Assembly (NCBI GenBank): GCA_030390025.1
Contig: JASTWF010000036.1
Coordinates: 2,294,001-2,358,000, forward strand
Direction of reading: 5' to 3'
Length of the DNA stretch: 64,000 nucleotides
Source: Squalus acanthias
Taxonomy: Eukaryota
The notes beneath the pieces were generated by a model that searched no databases, was not told the origin of the DNA, and saw only the letters and a program-made list of their open reading frames with translations. Every line of letters begins with the position of its first letter. The stretch's first letter is position 1. The translations under genes were made by a program, and so were the position numbers. Of this stretch, positions 39,019 through 49,651 are shown piece by piece.

Positions 39019-39110
39019 GAGTTCTGATGAATGGCCACACAAATAACTTTTCCTTTTATAGATGTTTATCAACCTGCTGTGCATTTCAAATAATTTCTGG
39101 GTTTTTTAAG
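39019..39110 (+). mobile_element. highly decayed Penelope-like terminal repeat
   Basis: GAGTTCTGATGAA..AGATG..ACCTGCTG..ATTTC resembles 41289-41356. Confidence 0.45.
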
Positions 39111-39195
39111 CCTTAAAATAAATGAGTCTAAAAATGACTGTTGTCAGTAACAGCAGACAAGTGCTCAACATACCTGTGAGCAGTGTTCCCTGTAA

Positions 39196-39645
39196 GTGTC
39201 AGCTGTGGCTCAGTGGGTAGCACACTCGCCTCTAAAGTCAGAAGGTTTGTGGGGTCAAGTCCCACTCCAATAAATCTAGGCTGACACTCCAGTGCAGTGC
39301 TGAGGGAGCGCTGCACTGTCGGAGGGGCTGTCTTTCGGATGAGACGTTAAACCGAGACCCTGTCTGTTCTCTCAGGTGGACGTAAAAGATCCCTTGGCAC
39401 GATTTTGAAAAACAGCAGGGGAGTTCTCCCCGGTGTCCTGGCCAATATTTATCCCTCAACCAACATAACAAAAACAGATTATCTGGTCATTATCACATTG
39501 CTGTTTGTGGGAGCTTGCTGTGGGCAAATTAGTTGCTGTGTTTCACACATTACAACAGTGACTACACTTCAAAAGTACTTCATTGACTGTAAAGCGCTTT
39601 GAGACGTCCGGTGGTCATGAAAGGTGCTATAGAAATGCAAGTTTT
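39196..39645 (+). mobile_element. DeuSINE (SacSINE1-like), full length
   Basis: Same structure as 35001-35460. Confidence 0.9.
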
Positions 39646-40371
39646 TCTTAAGCTGTGCTTTGTTTCTACGCGGCCTGTTATTTTACTGCGTGGTCCCTTT
39701 AAATTTCAGCGCAAGCGCGGTACTTACAATGGAGAAGCTTGTGAGCGGCCTGTGCGGGGCCTGTCCCTTTACTGCGCAGCTTAGTGGGAACATTGCCTGT
39801 GAGATAGCCCTTTGTTTTTTCATTGGAGGAGTTAACCCGTTTCATGTAAACAGGCTGTTGAAATAACAGGCAGAGGAATGTCATAGAAAGGCACCAAGCG
39901 TTTGCCCGCTATTAACGGCAACATTCATTCCTAGCCCATAATCGCTCTTCTGACTCTGTCAAAAAAAAAGTCGCTTTTCTTGTCCTGGAAACCAAAACAG
40001 GTGCAAACAAATTGAAAGCAGCTTTTAAAGTGACAGAACATTCTCAAGTGCCACAGTTCACACACAAACAGCCCAATGGCCTGCATCACAACATTGCACT
40101 GTAATACATTGGTAAATTTAGTAAAACCCATCACCGTACCGAGCCCACTCCCTATTTTATTTCCAAACCCTATTAACTCGACAGGAATGCTCAAATAAAA
40201 CCGTGCCTGCATTCACATCCGAAAACATCCCACTCATCTCAAACAAGCAGCTGCATCCAGTCTTGAAGAAAATAAACTTTCACACAAAGACAGCAGCTGG
40301 CATGAGGGAAAATTTTATAGCAACTTACTTGTTATCTGTAACTTTTTTGGGAACCAATATTAAATAGACAC

Positions 40372-41356
40372 GAATACAAAAGCAAAATACTGCGGATGCT
40401 GGAAATCTGAAATAAAAACAGAAAATGCTGGAAACACTCAGCAGGTCAGGCAGCATCTGTGGAGAGAGAAACAGCGTTAATGTTTCAGGCTGGTGACCCT
40501 TCGTCAGTCACAGACCTGAAACGTTGGCCCAGAAATTCGCCTCTCTGGCTTGCCGCGGGGGTAAGGATCGCGCGCGCTCTTACCTACCGCGCCTGCCGTT
40601 GTGTTTTGGGCCCACAGGAACTTCGGGTCCTGGGCCTCTCCCTGGTGCCGGCGCGCAGTGCTTGCGTGTTCCAGGGGCGCAGTTAGTGCGATGCGTCCCC
40701 TGGGATCACGTGGGCCATGGAGAGCCAATGGCAGCAGACCATCTTTCATTCATAGATTTGACAGGAGACCTGTCAAATCTGTGAATTGAAATCGGCCCCA
40801 AAAGAACAGCTCAACTTAAAATAAATTTTTTAAAAAACCATCACATTTATAAAATAACTATAGTTAAATAAATTAACCACTTTAAAGAAAAATTAAAATT
40901 TTTGAAAAAATTAAAATACTTTTTAAAAGCGATAAAAATAAACTTACCTTTCTTTAAAGTATCTAAAAAAGATAAACCTGTTGAAATTTTTTTTAAATTA
41001 TACTTAATTAACTACTTACCTTGTTGAAAACGGGTCTTGCGCCTCCTTTTTAACAGCGTAGTTTCTTCAATACTTACCCTCGCGTAGAAACCTGAAAAAA
41101 AATCTAAGTGTGCTGCGTGCGCGCAGCCTCTCCACGCACGCGGTTCACCTAGGAACCGCCCCCTTCACCAGACCGGAAGTTCCGGTTTCCCGCGCATGCG
41201 CAGTGCATGCAGGAAACTGGCACTTCGGGACGTCTTACGGGTGAGTACAGAGCGCGTACTCACCCGGGAAGGGCCGAATTTTTGGCCCGTTAACTCTGTT
41301 TCTCTCTCCACAGATGCAGCCTGACCTGCTGAGTATTTCCAGCATTTTTTGTTTTT
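40372..41356. mobile_element. Penelope-like inverted pair of terminal repeats, interrupted by a MITE
   Basis: 15-bp TSD ATATTAAAT(A/G)GACAC at 40357-40371 and 41357-41371; arms ~40412-40495 and ~40512-40525 plus 41289-41356 are reverse complements; minus-strand CTGACGA-AGG..CCT-GAAAC. Confidence 0.8.
40526..41288. mobile_element. Harbinger-type MITE, family C
   Basis: TIR GGCCCAGAAATTCG / CGAATTTTTGGCCC; TSD GTT at 40523-40525 and 41289-41291; AT-rich core with GC-rich arms. Confidence 0.85.
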
Positions 41357-41505
41357 ATATTAAATGGACACTTCTGTAACACTGGTTCTCAGAAAACATC
41401 AACTCATCGTAAAGATTTTTGCCTCAAGTTTGTGTGCAAGCAATAGTGGGTGAAAGTAAGGTCAATGGATACCAGTGATAAAAAGTGCTAGCAAGCTGAC
41501 ACTTA

Positions 41506-41890
41506 CAACAACAACGTGTATTTGTATAGCACCTTTAACGTAGTAAAACGTCCCAAGGCGCTTCACAGGAGTGTAATCAGACAAAAAATTGACACCGAGC
41601 CACATAAGAAATTAGGGCAGGTGACCAAAAGCTTGGTCAGAGAGGTAGGTTTTAAGGAGCGTCTTAAAGGAGGAAAGAGAGGTAGCGAGGCAGAGAGGTT
41701 TAGGGAGGGATTTCCAGAGCTTAGGGCCTAGGCAACAGAAGGCACGGCCACCAATGGTGGAGCGATTATAATCAGGGATGCTCAAGAGGGCAGAATTAGA
41801 GGAGCGCAGATATCTCGGGGGGATTGTGGGGCTGAAGGAGGTTACAGAGATAGGGAGGGGTGAGGCCACGGAGGGATTTGAAAACAAGGA
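41506..41890 (-). mobile_element. L2 LINE 3' end
   Basis: RYLRSSNSALL..GGRAFCCLGPKLW; (TTG)n tail. Confidence 0.9.
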
Positions 41891-42299
41891 TTGAAAACTT
41901 AGATTGAAATGCTGACAATTGACATGTGTGTTGATGTTGAGGAGTATCATGAATTCACAGGATTCACAAAGCTCTGCCACTTCATACCTAACTACAGTCT
42001 GAAGTCCCCTCCACTTAAAATTGATGATGAACCGAGATAATTTTAAAGGAGAGCATTCTCCCCACCAGGCCCCTTTTTTAAACAAATCAGATTTTCCTAT
42101 TGCTGGGTTTGAGAGCAAACAAAAATGTTGCGTTATTATCAATAGTGGTTCAATCATTAACACAGCATGCTTCAGTGAAATTGCCTTTTCATCTGCGTAT
42201 GTTGAAAGGGTAGTGGCTTTATGATGAAGTATTTGGCAAACTTCAATCTCCACACCCTTCCCCCAAAGGCACCCACTCTTGCTGGTGTACAGGCTCTGG

Positions 42300-43300
42300 G
42301 TGGGGTGGGGGCTGCAGTTCGGTCGTGGCCCACCTTCAACTTTCCTGATTAGCAGTCTGGGTCTGTGTTGGAGGGGCTTGTTTGTGCAGGATTCCAGGAA
42401 TGGGCTCCAGACACACGTGGCTGGGCTTTGGAGGAAATGTTGAATATGGAGGTGTTGGAGTCGGTTGTACTGGGTGAGGTGAAATTTGTCTCCCAGTTGC
42501 TGAAAGGGCATAATCTAGCCTCTGTCCAGGAGTTAGCCCAGTCTGGTAATGCCCGGTGCAGAACCCACCGGGTTCTCATAGCTCTCCATTCTGCCTGACT
42601 GGTGGTAAAAGGGCCCATAAGCCTAGAGGGATTTTCAGGGAGGTACAGACTTCTGTCTGGGAAGACGGTGATGCTTGTGCTTGGAGACTGTGACGAGCAT
42701 GGTTTCTCAGGGTTTGGGGGGACGAGGTGGTGGTGGGTGTTGGCTGAGAGGCCCTGGTCTCCATGTCCAGCTAAGCCAGGTTCCAGGGCCTAGAACTCCA
42801 GAGTTGGGCATAGTACTGCATGAGGATGGGAAGATGGAGCACCAACCACCAGGAGTCCAAGATGTATCTTGCCTACCTATAGAAACCTAGAGATGCTGTT
42901 TCTGGGTGCAACATTCTCGAGAGCATTGGTGTAGGAAGCAATGGGCAGGATCAGTGCATCAGTCAGGGCTCCTACTGCCAACCGGGGCCATTTTTAAATA
43001 ACTGAGGTGGCCAGACTGGAATGCGAGAAGCTGGAAGACCAGCTGTTACCATGACCACTGATCCTGCCGGTTTGTGAAGGAAGCTTCTCAGGGACATGCA
43101 GGCGGGCTCCTTGTGTTGGGTCTGGGAAGAGAGAGCTGAATTTGGTTGAGGAGGCCGGGGTGTGGTGTCCGCGGAGATGATACTCAAGCTTCTTAAGGTT
43201 GCCCGGCTCTAGAGCGAATTGGCGTTGGGTTCAGAGCTCTCCAGGCCAAGCAGCTGCCCAAGTCACGAGACCACCAGAAGCCAAGACTCGTTTTAAGTGC
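42300..43300 (-). mobile_element. ancient L1/Tx1-type ORF2 fragment
   Basis: MPFQQLGDKFHL..LQHLHIQHFL resembles the SFxQLxxKFxL..YLQIRHF motif of fish-type L1 ORF2; many stops and frameshifts. Confidence 0.45.
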
Positions 43301-43629
43301 TTGACGCAACAGGCAATTCTTGAGAGATACCAATTGCAGCGAGACATGGCAGATTTAAACGGGACCTCAATCATTAGCATAATTAACATTTTAGAATTTA
43401 TTGGGCCACCAAAGAAGAAAACAATATTTAAATAAAAGCAAAACCAGACGACAGGGATTGAAAGCATCAGTGCGATTGCTTGGATTGTTCATCCCGTGCG
43501 TGAAGGCAAAGCAAAATGTTTTGATTTGAAACAAAAGAATTGGAACCATTTCCCTGCATTGGGAGAAAAGTACTTAAAAGTGGCAAAAAGCCTTTGAAGA
43601 AATCTTCAATAAAGAGGTACAGCTCCCTT

Positions 43630-43860
43630 CTTGTCCATTGGGTAAATGAGCCGCCCAGTATGGTAGTAAGTAATAGACACCATGCAAGTCTTGATGTCCA
43701 GTCTGTGCTGAGTAATCCAGAGTAGCAGTTGGCGATGCTACAATTGGCTTTAGTCCCATGGGACAGGGAAAGGGATGGGGACAGGATTTAATTCCTGATC
43801 GCTATCCAGTGACCACTGTTGGAATGTGGATGTCGGATAAGGATGGGATGAAGCTACCCT
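43630..43860 (+). mobile_element. AmnSINE2-like old SINE
   Basis: GGGTAAATG..GCCCAGTATGGTA, GTCTGTGCTGAGT, GCTACAATTGGC, TCCTGATCGCTATCCAGTGACC. Confidence 0.55.
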
Positions 43861-43872
43861 TCTTAGAGTCAT

Positions 43873-44712
43873 GGGGGGAAAAATTCGGTTGCTTTGCGCC
43901 TCCCGTTAGCGCCCTAAGAAGGCGCTAATGGGTCGCAAAGCAACTAACGCCCGGGCGCGGCGATGTTTGCGCCGCTCGCGAAATTGACCAGACATTTTGC
44001 GGCGGCGCTAAACACTACCGCCATGATCTCCTGCGCCCGCAGATCGTGACGTCAGTCGAGCGTGCAATGCCCCGGTAGCACCCCGGACCGGATATTGAGT
44101 GGTGCCCCCTGCCTTACCGCCTGCCGCTAGCAACGACAGGTTGAGGGGAACGTTTTGCAGTCGGGAAGGGACTGGGGGAGCAATATTTAAAGGCGAACGC
44201 TTCCTGCCTTTTTTTGTCGGCGACATTTTTGCACCACGCATTCTGAGAGAGAGAGAGACTTCTGGAGAGATTCAACGCTGTGTGAAGGAGTTTTGGGTAC
44301 TGAGCAGCACTTTGCAGGTTCATTTTGATTTGACCTTCCTTGCATCGATTTAGAAGAGACTATGGGGACTGCACTCTGAGCTCTTTCCCTGGGCCTCTCC
44401 ATTGTTCTTTCCAGCAGATTTGATGTACAGGTCTCTCCAGGCCGAGATTCAAGGCTGCAATGAGCAGGGTGTGGATGGAGAGCAAGATCGACCCTCCCCT
44501 TTAAGAACTGGCCGGCGCCAGTGTGTCTGTGTTGCATTGCTGACTGACATCACATGAGCTTCGCCAGCGCTCTGAGGCAGCTCCTCGGCGTTAGTGCCTT
44601 AAGAGAGGTGTGTAGCGCCTGATTTAGTGCTCCAATCACCTCCAGGGGCGATAGAACTTTGCGCCCGGCCGATAATTGCGCCCCAAACGGGGCGATACCG
44701 AATTTCTCCCCC
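43873..44712. mobile_element. Harbinger-type MITE, family A, copy 2
   Basis: TIR GGGGGAAAAATTCGGT / ACCGAATTTCTCCCCC; collinear with 9418-10311; TSD not preserved. Confidence 0.85.
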
Positions 44713-44715
44713 GCG

Positions 44716-44995
44716 GAATCATAGAATGATACAGCACAGAAGGAGGCCTTTCAGCCCATCGTGCCTGTGCCGGCTCTTTGAAAGAGCTCTCCAATTAGTC
44801 CCACTCCCTCTGCTCGTTCCCCATAGCCCTGCAAATTTGTCCCCTTCAAGTACTTATCCAATTCCCTTTTGAAAGTTACTATTGAATCTGCTCCCACCGC
44901 CCTTTCAGGCAGCGCGTTCCAGATCACAACAACTCGCTGCGTAAAAAAGTTTCTCCTCGTCTCCCCTCTGGTTTGTTTGCCAATTACCTTAAATT
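44716..44995 (-). mobile_element. CR1 LINE 3' end
   Basis: RRNFFTQRVVVIWNALP..FKRELD; AATCATAGAATGATACAGCACAG terminus. Confidence 0.85.
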
Positions 44996-45774
44996 CTCTC
45001 TTAAATTCTCTCTGCCCCTTCCACAGCGAAGTGGCCAGCCCATCAACACTATCGAAGCTAACGCACGAAACACGCCCATTGGGTTCCTGTACTGGAAGGC
45101 GAGTGGCATGCACTGAGCTGTACCCCAGCAGAAGAGGAGGGCAGCAAAGAAAAAGGAAAATTTGAATTAACCTTTGAAAATAAATCTGGTGAAAAGATAA
45201 ATAGTAGTTCACTTCACCACTAAGTAAAGCTTTCGCGTTTCATCAAATGGTCTTCTTAGCTCCTTCTTGACTGATTGCGTGCCTCCATGGCAACATCAGT
45301 CCTGCACATGTGCACTCGGGTCTGAGCCAGCACCATCCGCACATCTGTAATTCACTCCTGCCCATGTACATTCTACAGCATTATTCAAATTATTTTTCCA
45401 ATGCAATTGATTGCTTCGCCTCAGTAAAAGCATTTATTTTAAAAGGATATACGATCTCCCAAACGTTCGAGTAGGTTTTACTCCGAGAGCGGGTCTGGTT
45501 GCGTTCCAGGTCCTTAATGCAATATCTAGCAGGACATTATGTATGGAAGCAAGCTCTATAGTTTCATTATGATTTGCTGCATAAACACAGTGATTAATAT
45601 TTAATGCAGATCAATACAGTGCAAAGCTCATTTCCTCTGCTTTATTTGTTAATAATTCGGGCTTTATGTGATTGTGAAAGTAAGTCGTTCCTTTATGCAG
45701 TCCAAACCACTGCACTAGAGGACCTGCACTGTGAGTAAAAGCCTGTGAACAGGAGTTTGGGTTGAAAGGAATCA

Positions 45775-46170
45775 GCAGCCATGTTAGTTCATAATCCAGG
45801 CCGACACTCCCAGTACTGAGGGAGCGCCGCACTGTCGGAGGTGCCGTCTTTCGGATGAGACGTTAAACCGAGGCCCCGCCTGCTCGCTCAGGTGGACGTA
45901 AAAGATCCCTTGGCACTATTTCGAAGAAGGGCAGGGGAGTTCTCCCCGGTGTCCTGGCCAATATTTATTCCTCAACCAACACCCAAAACAGACGATCTAG
46001 TCATTATCACACTGCTGTTTGTGGGATTTTGCTGTGCACAAATTTGGCAGCCGCGTTTCCTACATTAAAAAAAAACAGTGAATACTCTTCAAAAGTACTT
46101 CATTGGCTGTAAAGCACTTTGGGGCGTCCTGAGGTCATGAAAGGCGCTGGAGAAATGCAAGTTCTTTTTC
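45775..46170 (+). mobile_element. DeuSINE (SacSINE1-like)
   Basis: Deu domain and L2-like tail; head degraded. Confidence 0.85.
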
Positions 46171-46279
46171 TAGCCTCGGTTTAACACCCTATTCATCCTT
46201 GCATCAGTGTGAATTGAACAAGTGGTCTACTTTAGCTGAACGTACTACTGCAACTATCCTCACACTGGCACTGAAACGC

Positions 46280-47097
46280 TATGCTGGTGCAGTGGTTCAA
46301 CACACCATCCATCTCACCTCCGGTACCTGGGTTCAAATCCAGCCTAGTCTGAAAGTTTCTTCTCTCTCCATGTGAATTGAGTTTGGAAAAGTTGATTGGG
46401 TTCCCAGTGCGCGTGAAACCCCAGCGCACAAAGCTGCCTCCACTGGCAATCTCACGCAAAGGAAAGTGGGAACAGTCACACTGGTGCAATTGAGGATGCT
46501 TGTCTGACGTTAAGTGGGGCATGTTGCTGGAGCAGCGTATAGGTGCTTGGCTCTCTAGCTGGAAAAACATAGAATCTAGGAGCAGGAGTAGGCCATTCGG
46601 CCCGTCCAGCCTGCTCCACCATTCAATACGATCATGGCTGATCATCCAAATCCAGTACCCTGTCCCTGCTTTAATCCCCACAGTACACATATCCCACCCT
46701 ACCCCTGTAACCCCACGTATTTAATTCCCCCTAACATATCCCATCCTATCCCCATAACCCCACATATTTAATCCCCCCCTAACACTAAGGGTCAATTTAT
46801 CATAGCCAAATCAACCTAACCCGCACATCTTTGGACTGTGGGAGGAAACCGGAGCACCCGGAGGAAACCCACGCAGACACGGGGAGAATGTGCAAACTCC
46901 ACACAGACAGTCACCCGAGGTCAGATTCGAACCCGGGTCCCTGGCGCTGTGAGGCACCAGTGCTAACCACTATGCCACCGTGTTGCCCACAAGTGCCGTA
47001 CCTGACCTAGAAATACTTGATGCTAACACTGGGTGACAGAAAAGTTGAGAAAGGTCTCCACTGATACCTTCATGAACACAAAATTCACACCTAAAAA
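46280..47097 (+). mobile_element. LF-SINE-like element interrupted by a V-SINE
   Basis: TCACCTC..CTGGGTTCAAATCCAGCC, ATGTGAATTGAGTT, GTACCTG and 3' CCTTCATGAACACAAAATTCACAC match my recollection of the LF-SINE consensus. Confidence 0.6.
46565..46988 (-). mobile_element. HE1-like V-SINE
   Basis: Nearly identical to 2378-2808. Confidence 0.92.
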
Positions 47098-47266
47098 TCC
47101 CTCTCTGCTGTGGTTTCTGTGGCCTGTCCTTGTTAGCTGCTTCGAGCTGCTCTATATTTTAGAAATGAGTGTCCAAAAAGAGGCCAATCTCACATTGAGG
47201 TGGGAGGGGATTTTATTTCTCACTGTCTCATGCATTTCACAAGGAGCCACACTATTCAAATAATAG

Positions 47267-47535
47267 GGGGGGCGATTTTAACCCTACTCGCTCAGCAGAA
47301 ACCTGGCGGGTGGGCGGTTAAAATCGCCCTGCCTCTCGCCTGTCTGAAAGCCGCCCTGATCGCAACATCTGCAATTTTAACCTGCTCTCCTGGGCAGGCA
47401 GCGAGGACACACGCCCGGAGCCAACAGGGTCCTTCCTTACATATGCATGTTGCGGCCCGATGACATCATTGAGACCCGATTGTAATTTTAACTCAGGCCT
47501 GAGCGGGGAATCCACCTGGAGTTAAAATCGGGTTC
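47267..47535. mobile_element. Harbinger-type MITE (~270 bp)
   Basis: CGATTTTAAC / GTTAAAATCG inverted ends, with internal copies of the same motif. Confidence 0.65.
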
Positions 47536-47536
47536 T

Positions 47537-48086
47537 GGGGGGAGAAATTCGGTTATGCCCCGTTTGGGGGCGTTAACCGAATTAGCGCCAGCCATTTAGC
47601 GCCTGGCGCGGGAGTACCGCCCCGGCCGCTAAATTGGGCTTACCGCCCCGGCAAGGAAGCAGAGCGCTATCACGGGCGCTCCACTTCCTCTCGGGGCGGT
47701 GTCTGGGGCGCAAAATGCGGTAGTGTTTCATCGCCCCTCCCCTTCCGTTAAAGGGGAGGGACACTGCGCACTCTGCGGGCCGTTTGACGGCCTCCACTAG
47801 CCCACCAGAGCGGCGTGGTGCCGTGGCCGCAGCCTGGCAGCGAGACGCGGTGCCGGGCTGCGCGATGGCTGCCACGGCCCACGCCAAGGGCCGCCACGAG
47901 GGGCCAACCTGGAGGTTGGCCAGAACAATGAAACGGCGGCACGGGGCGCAGCTGGGCTTCCCCTTTAATTACCGCCTCGCGAGCGGAGGTCGGCCGGGTT
48001 CGCGACCCGCGAGACTGTCGCTGACATCGCCCGCGGCAGCTTCGGGGGCACTAACGAGAGGTGCAAACCAACCCAATTTTTCCCCC
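47537..48086. mobile_element. GC-rich Harbinger-type MITE
   Basis: TIR GGGGGAGAAATT / AATTTTTCCCCC, same terminal type as family A. Confidence 0.75.
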
Positions 48087-48760
48087 TAGATGTCTTATAA
48101 TGTTTGTTCATCCAAGAATGATAGATTTCCAGAATTTCTGCATTAGATCCTTGGTTTGAATCAAGTTGTACATCCGTGGGCTTTTTTGATCACCGATGAT
48201 GGTGTATCTCCTCCACCATTTTCAGAGAGTCTCCCTTTCAACCTCAGACTTGGCAGGGTTATATCCGCCAGTCCCAGAACAGTTGGGCAGTTACAGCAAC
48301 AGAGAAGAACCCATCACCTCAACTATTATTTGGAGCTTTTCTCACATGACAGAATGTAGACAGTGGGACTCGGTGGTTTCGAAGAAAATAAACCATTGGC
48401 TGATGTCAGGTGAAGTGAAAGGTCAAGTGAGTTATGCAGGGCTGACTCACTGTTGGTTCATTTTACTGCAAGCCACTAACATCCGTTGTATATTTAATTG
48501 TGCTGCACTTGACTGATTTTACAGGTTTAAGTTACTTCTAAAGCAATGACCTCTTTCTGTGGGGACTTACCATGGTGCAGGATAATGCATGCTCCACAAT
48601 AGGAAGCAGACTTGCCTAATTCAATGGGTAAGCCAGACAGCAATAATTTAAATATTGTTCTCCAAGTTAAATATAAAAAGCACAGACTAATGAGGCCTTC
48701 CGTCCAAAATGAATTCTCGCTTATTTTACAACCATGGTGATGGCAAACTCCCCTGCATCA

Positions 48761-48945
48761 TGTCTGACTCAGTGGCCAAGGACAGGGTCTGGACATTCAA
48801 GAACTCACTCCGTGAATCTTCGTGTTTAGGATGACTAAAGGATTTGCTATTGCAGAGAGAGAGAAACTATTTCCTTTGGTGGGGGGGAAGTCCAGAACAA
48901 AGGGGCATGACCTTAAAATTAGAGCCAGGCTGTTCAGGGGTGATG
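48761..48945 (+). mobile_element. partial copy of a CR1-tailed element with a non-CR1 head
   Basis: Reverse-complement match to ~49895-50080. Confidence 0.7.
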
Positions 48946-49651
48946 GCCAACCCTTTGGCGAGGCCATGAATTTTCTGAAACAAAACTGTTTATTAATTTG
49001 GGTGCTATAATGCAAGGCTCTACACAGATAATGGACGCCAATGTCACAATTACAAACAAACAGTAGCGGTGCAGAGTGGCCTCTTCCTGGGAGGTACAAA
49101 CCCAAGTCAGCAGCTGGAGCCCCTCGAGTGTTTGCTGACCCAGTCTGCTCAAAACTCTCAAACGGGCTGATTTCGCGGGGTTGCTGGATTATGCGGCAGG
49201 TTGGTGAGGCCGGCTGGCTGACAGTGGAATGGAATGGTTCAAATATTATTTGCGATGATAAAATTCCTGAAGAAATTCATGTTGCAGCACGGGGTGGGGG
49301 GGCGGCGGTCAGTTTAGAAGACTGCCAGCACGGGATTCTGGGAGTCAAAAATGGTGCCAATTTCAGAAACAATACACTGCAAGTAAAGCTTTGAAGCTTT
49401 GATATTAGTTCCCTTGTATGGTATAAAACCTTCAGAGATGTGAGGGCGGAAACGTAAACTTGACAAGATGGCTGCAGTTCACACACCATCTTGCCAACTC
49501 TATTCAGCATGAAAACATTCCATTAAAAAAACTCTTCAAGAGGTGATCTCTTGTACACAACAAGAAGGTACATACCTGCTATCGTGGCACCATGAAGCGT
49601 TACCAATGCTGGCTGCCTGCACGGAGATGCTTTGGTGTACTTCACAATCTT

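Noticed and set aside
40475..40507. Active hammerhead in the 40372 and 36292 PLE copies
   Set aside because: The helix I 5' strand is missing; one copy has ACAU for ACGU, the other has AAAA for GAAA and is split by a MITE
41612..42511. 299-aa ORF as a host gene
   Set aside because: Chimera of a decayed L1-like stretch, unassigned sequence and an L2 C-terminus; no coherent domain
48226..48427. Possible coding exon (TTTTCAG acceptor, GTGAGT donor, one open frame)
   Set aside because: Translation resembles no protein I recognise and no partner exons were found; needs RNA-seq or TBLASTX
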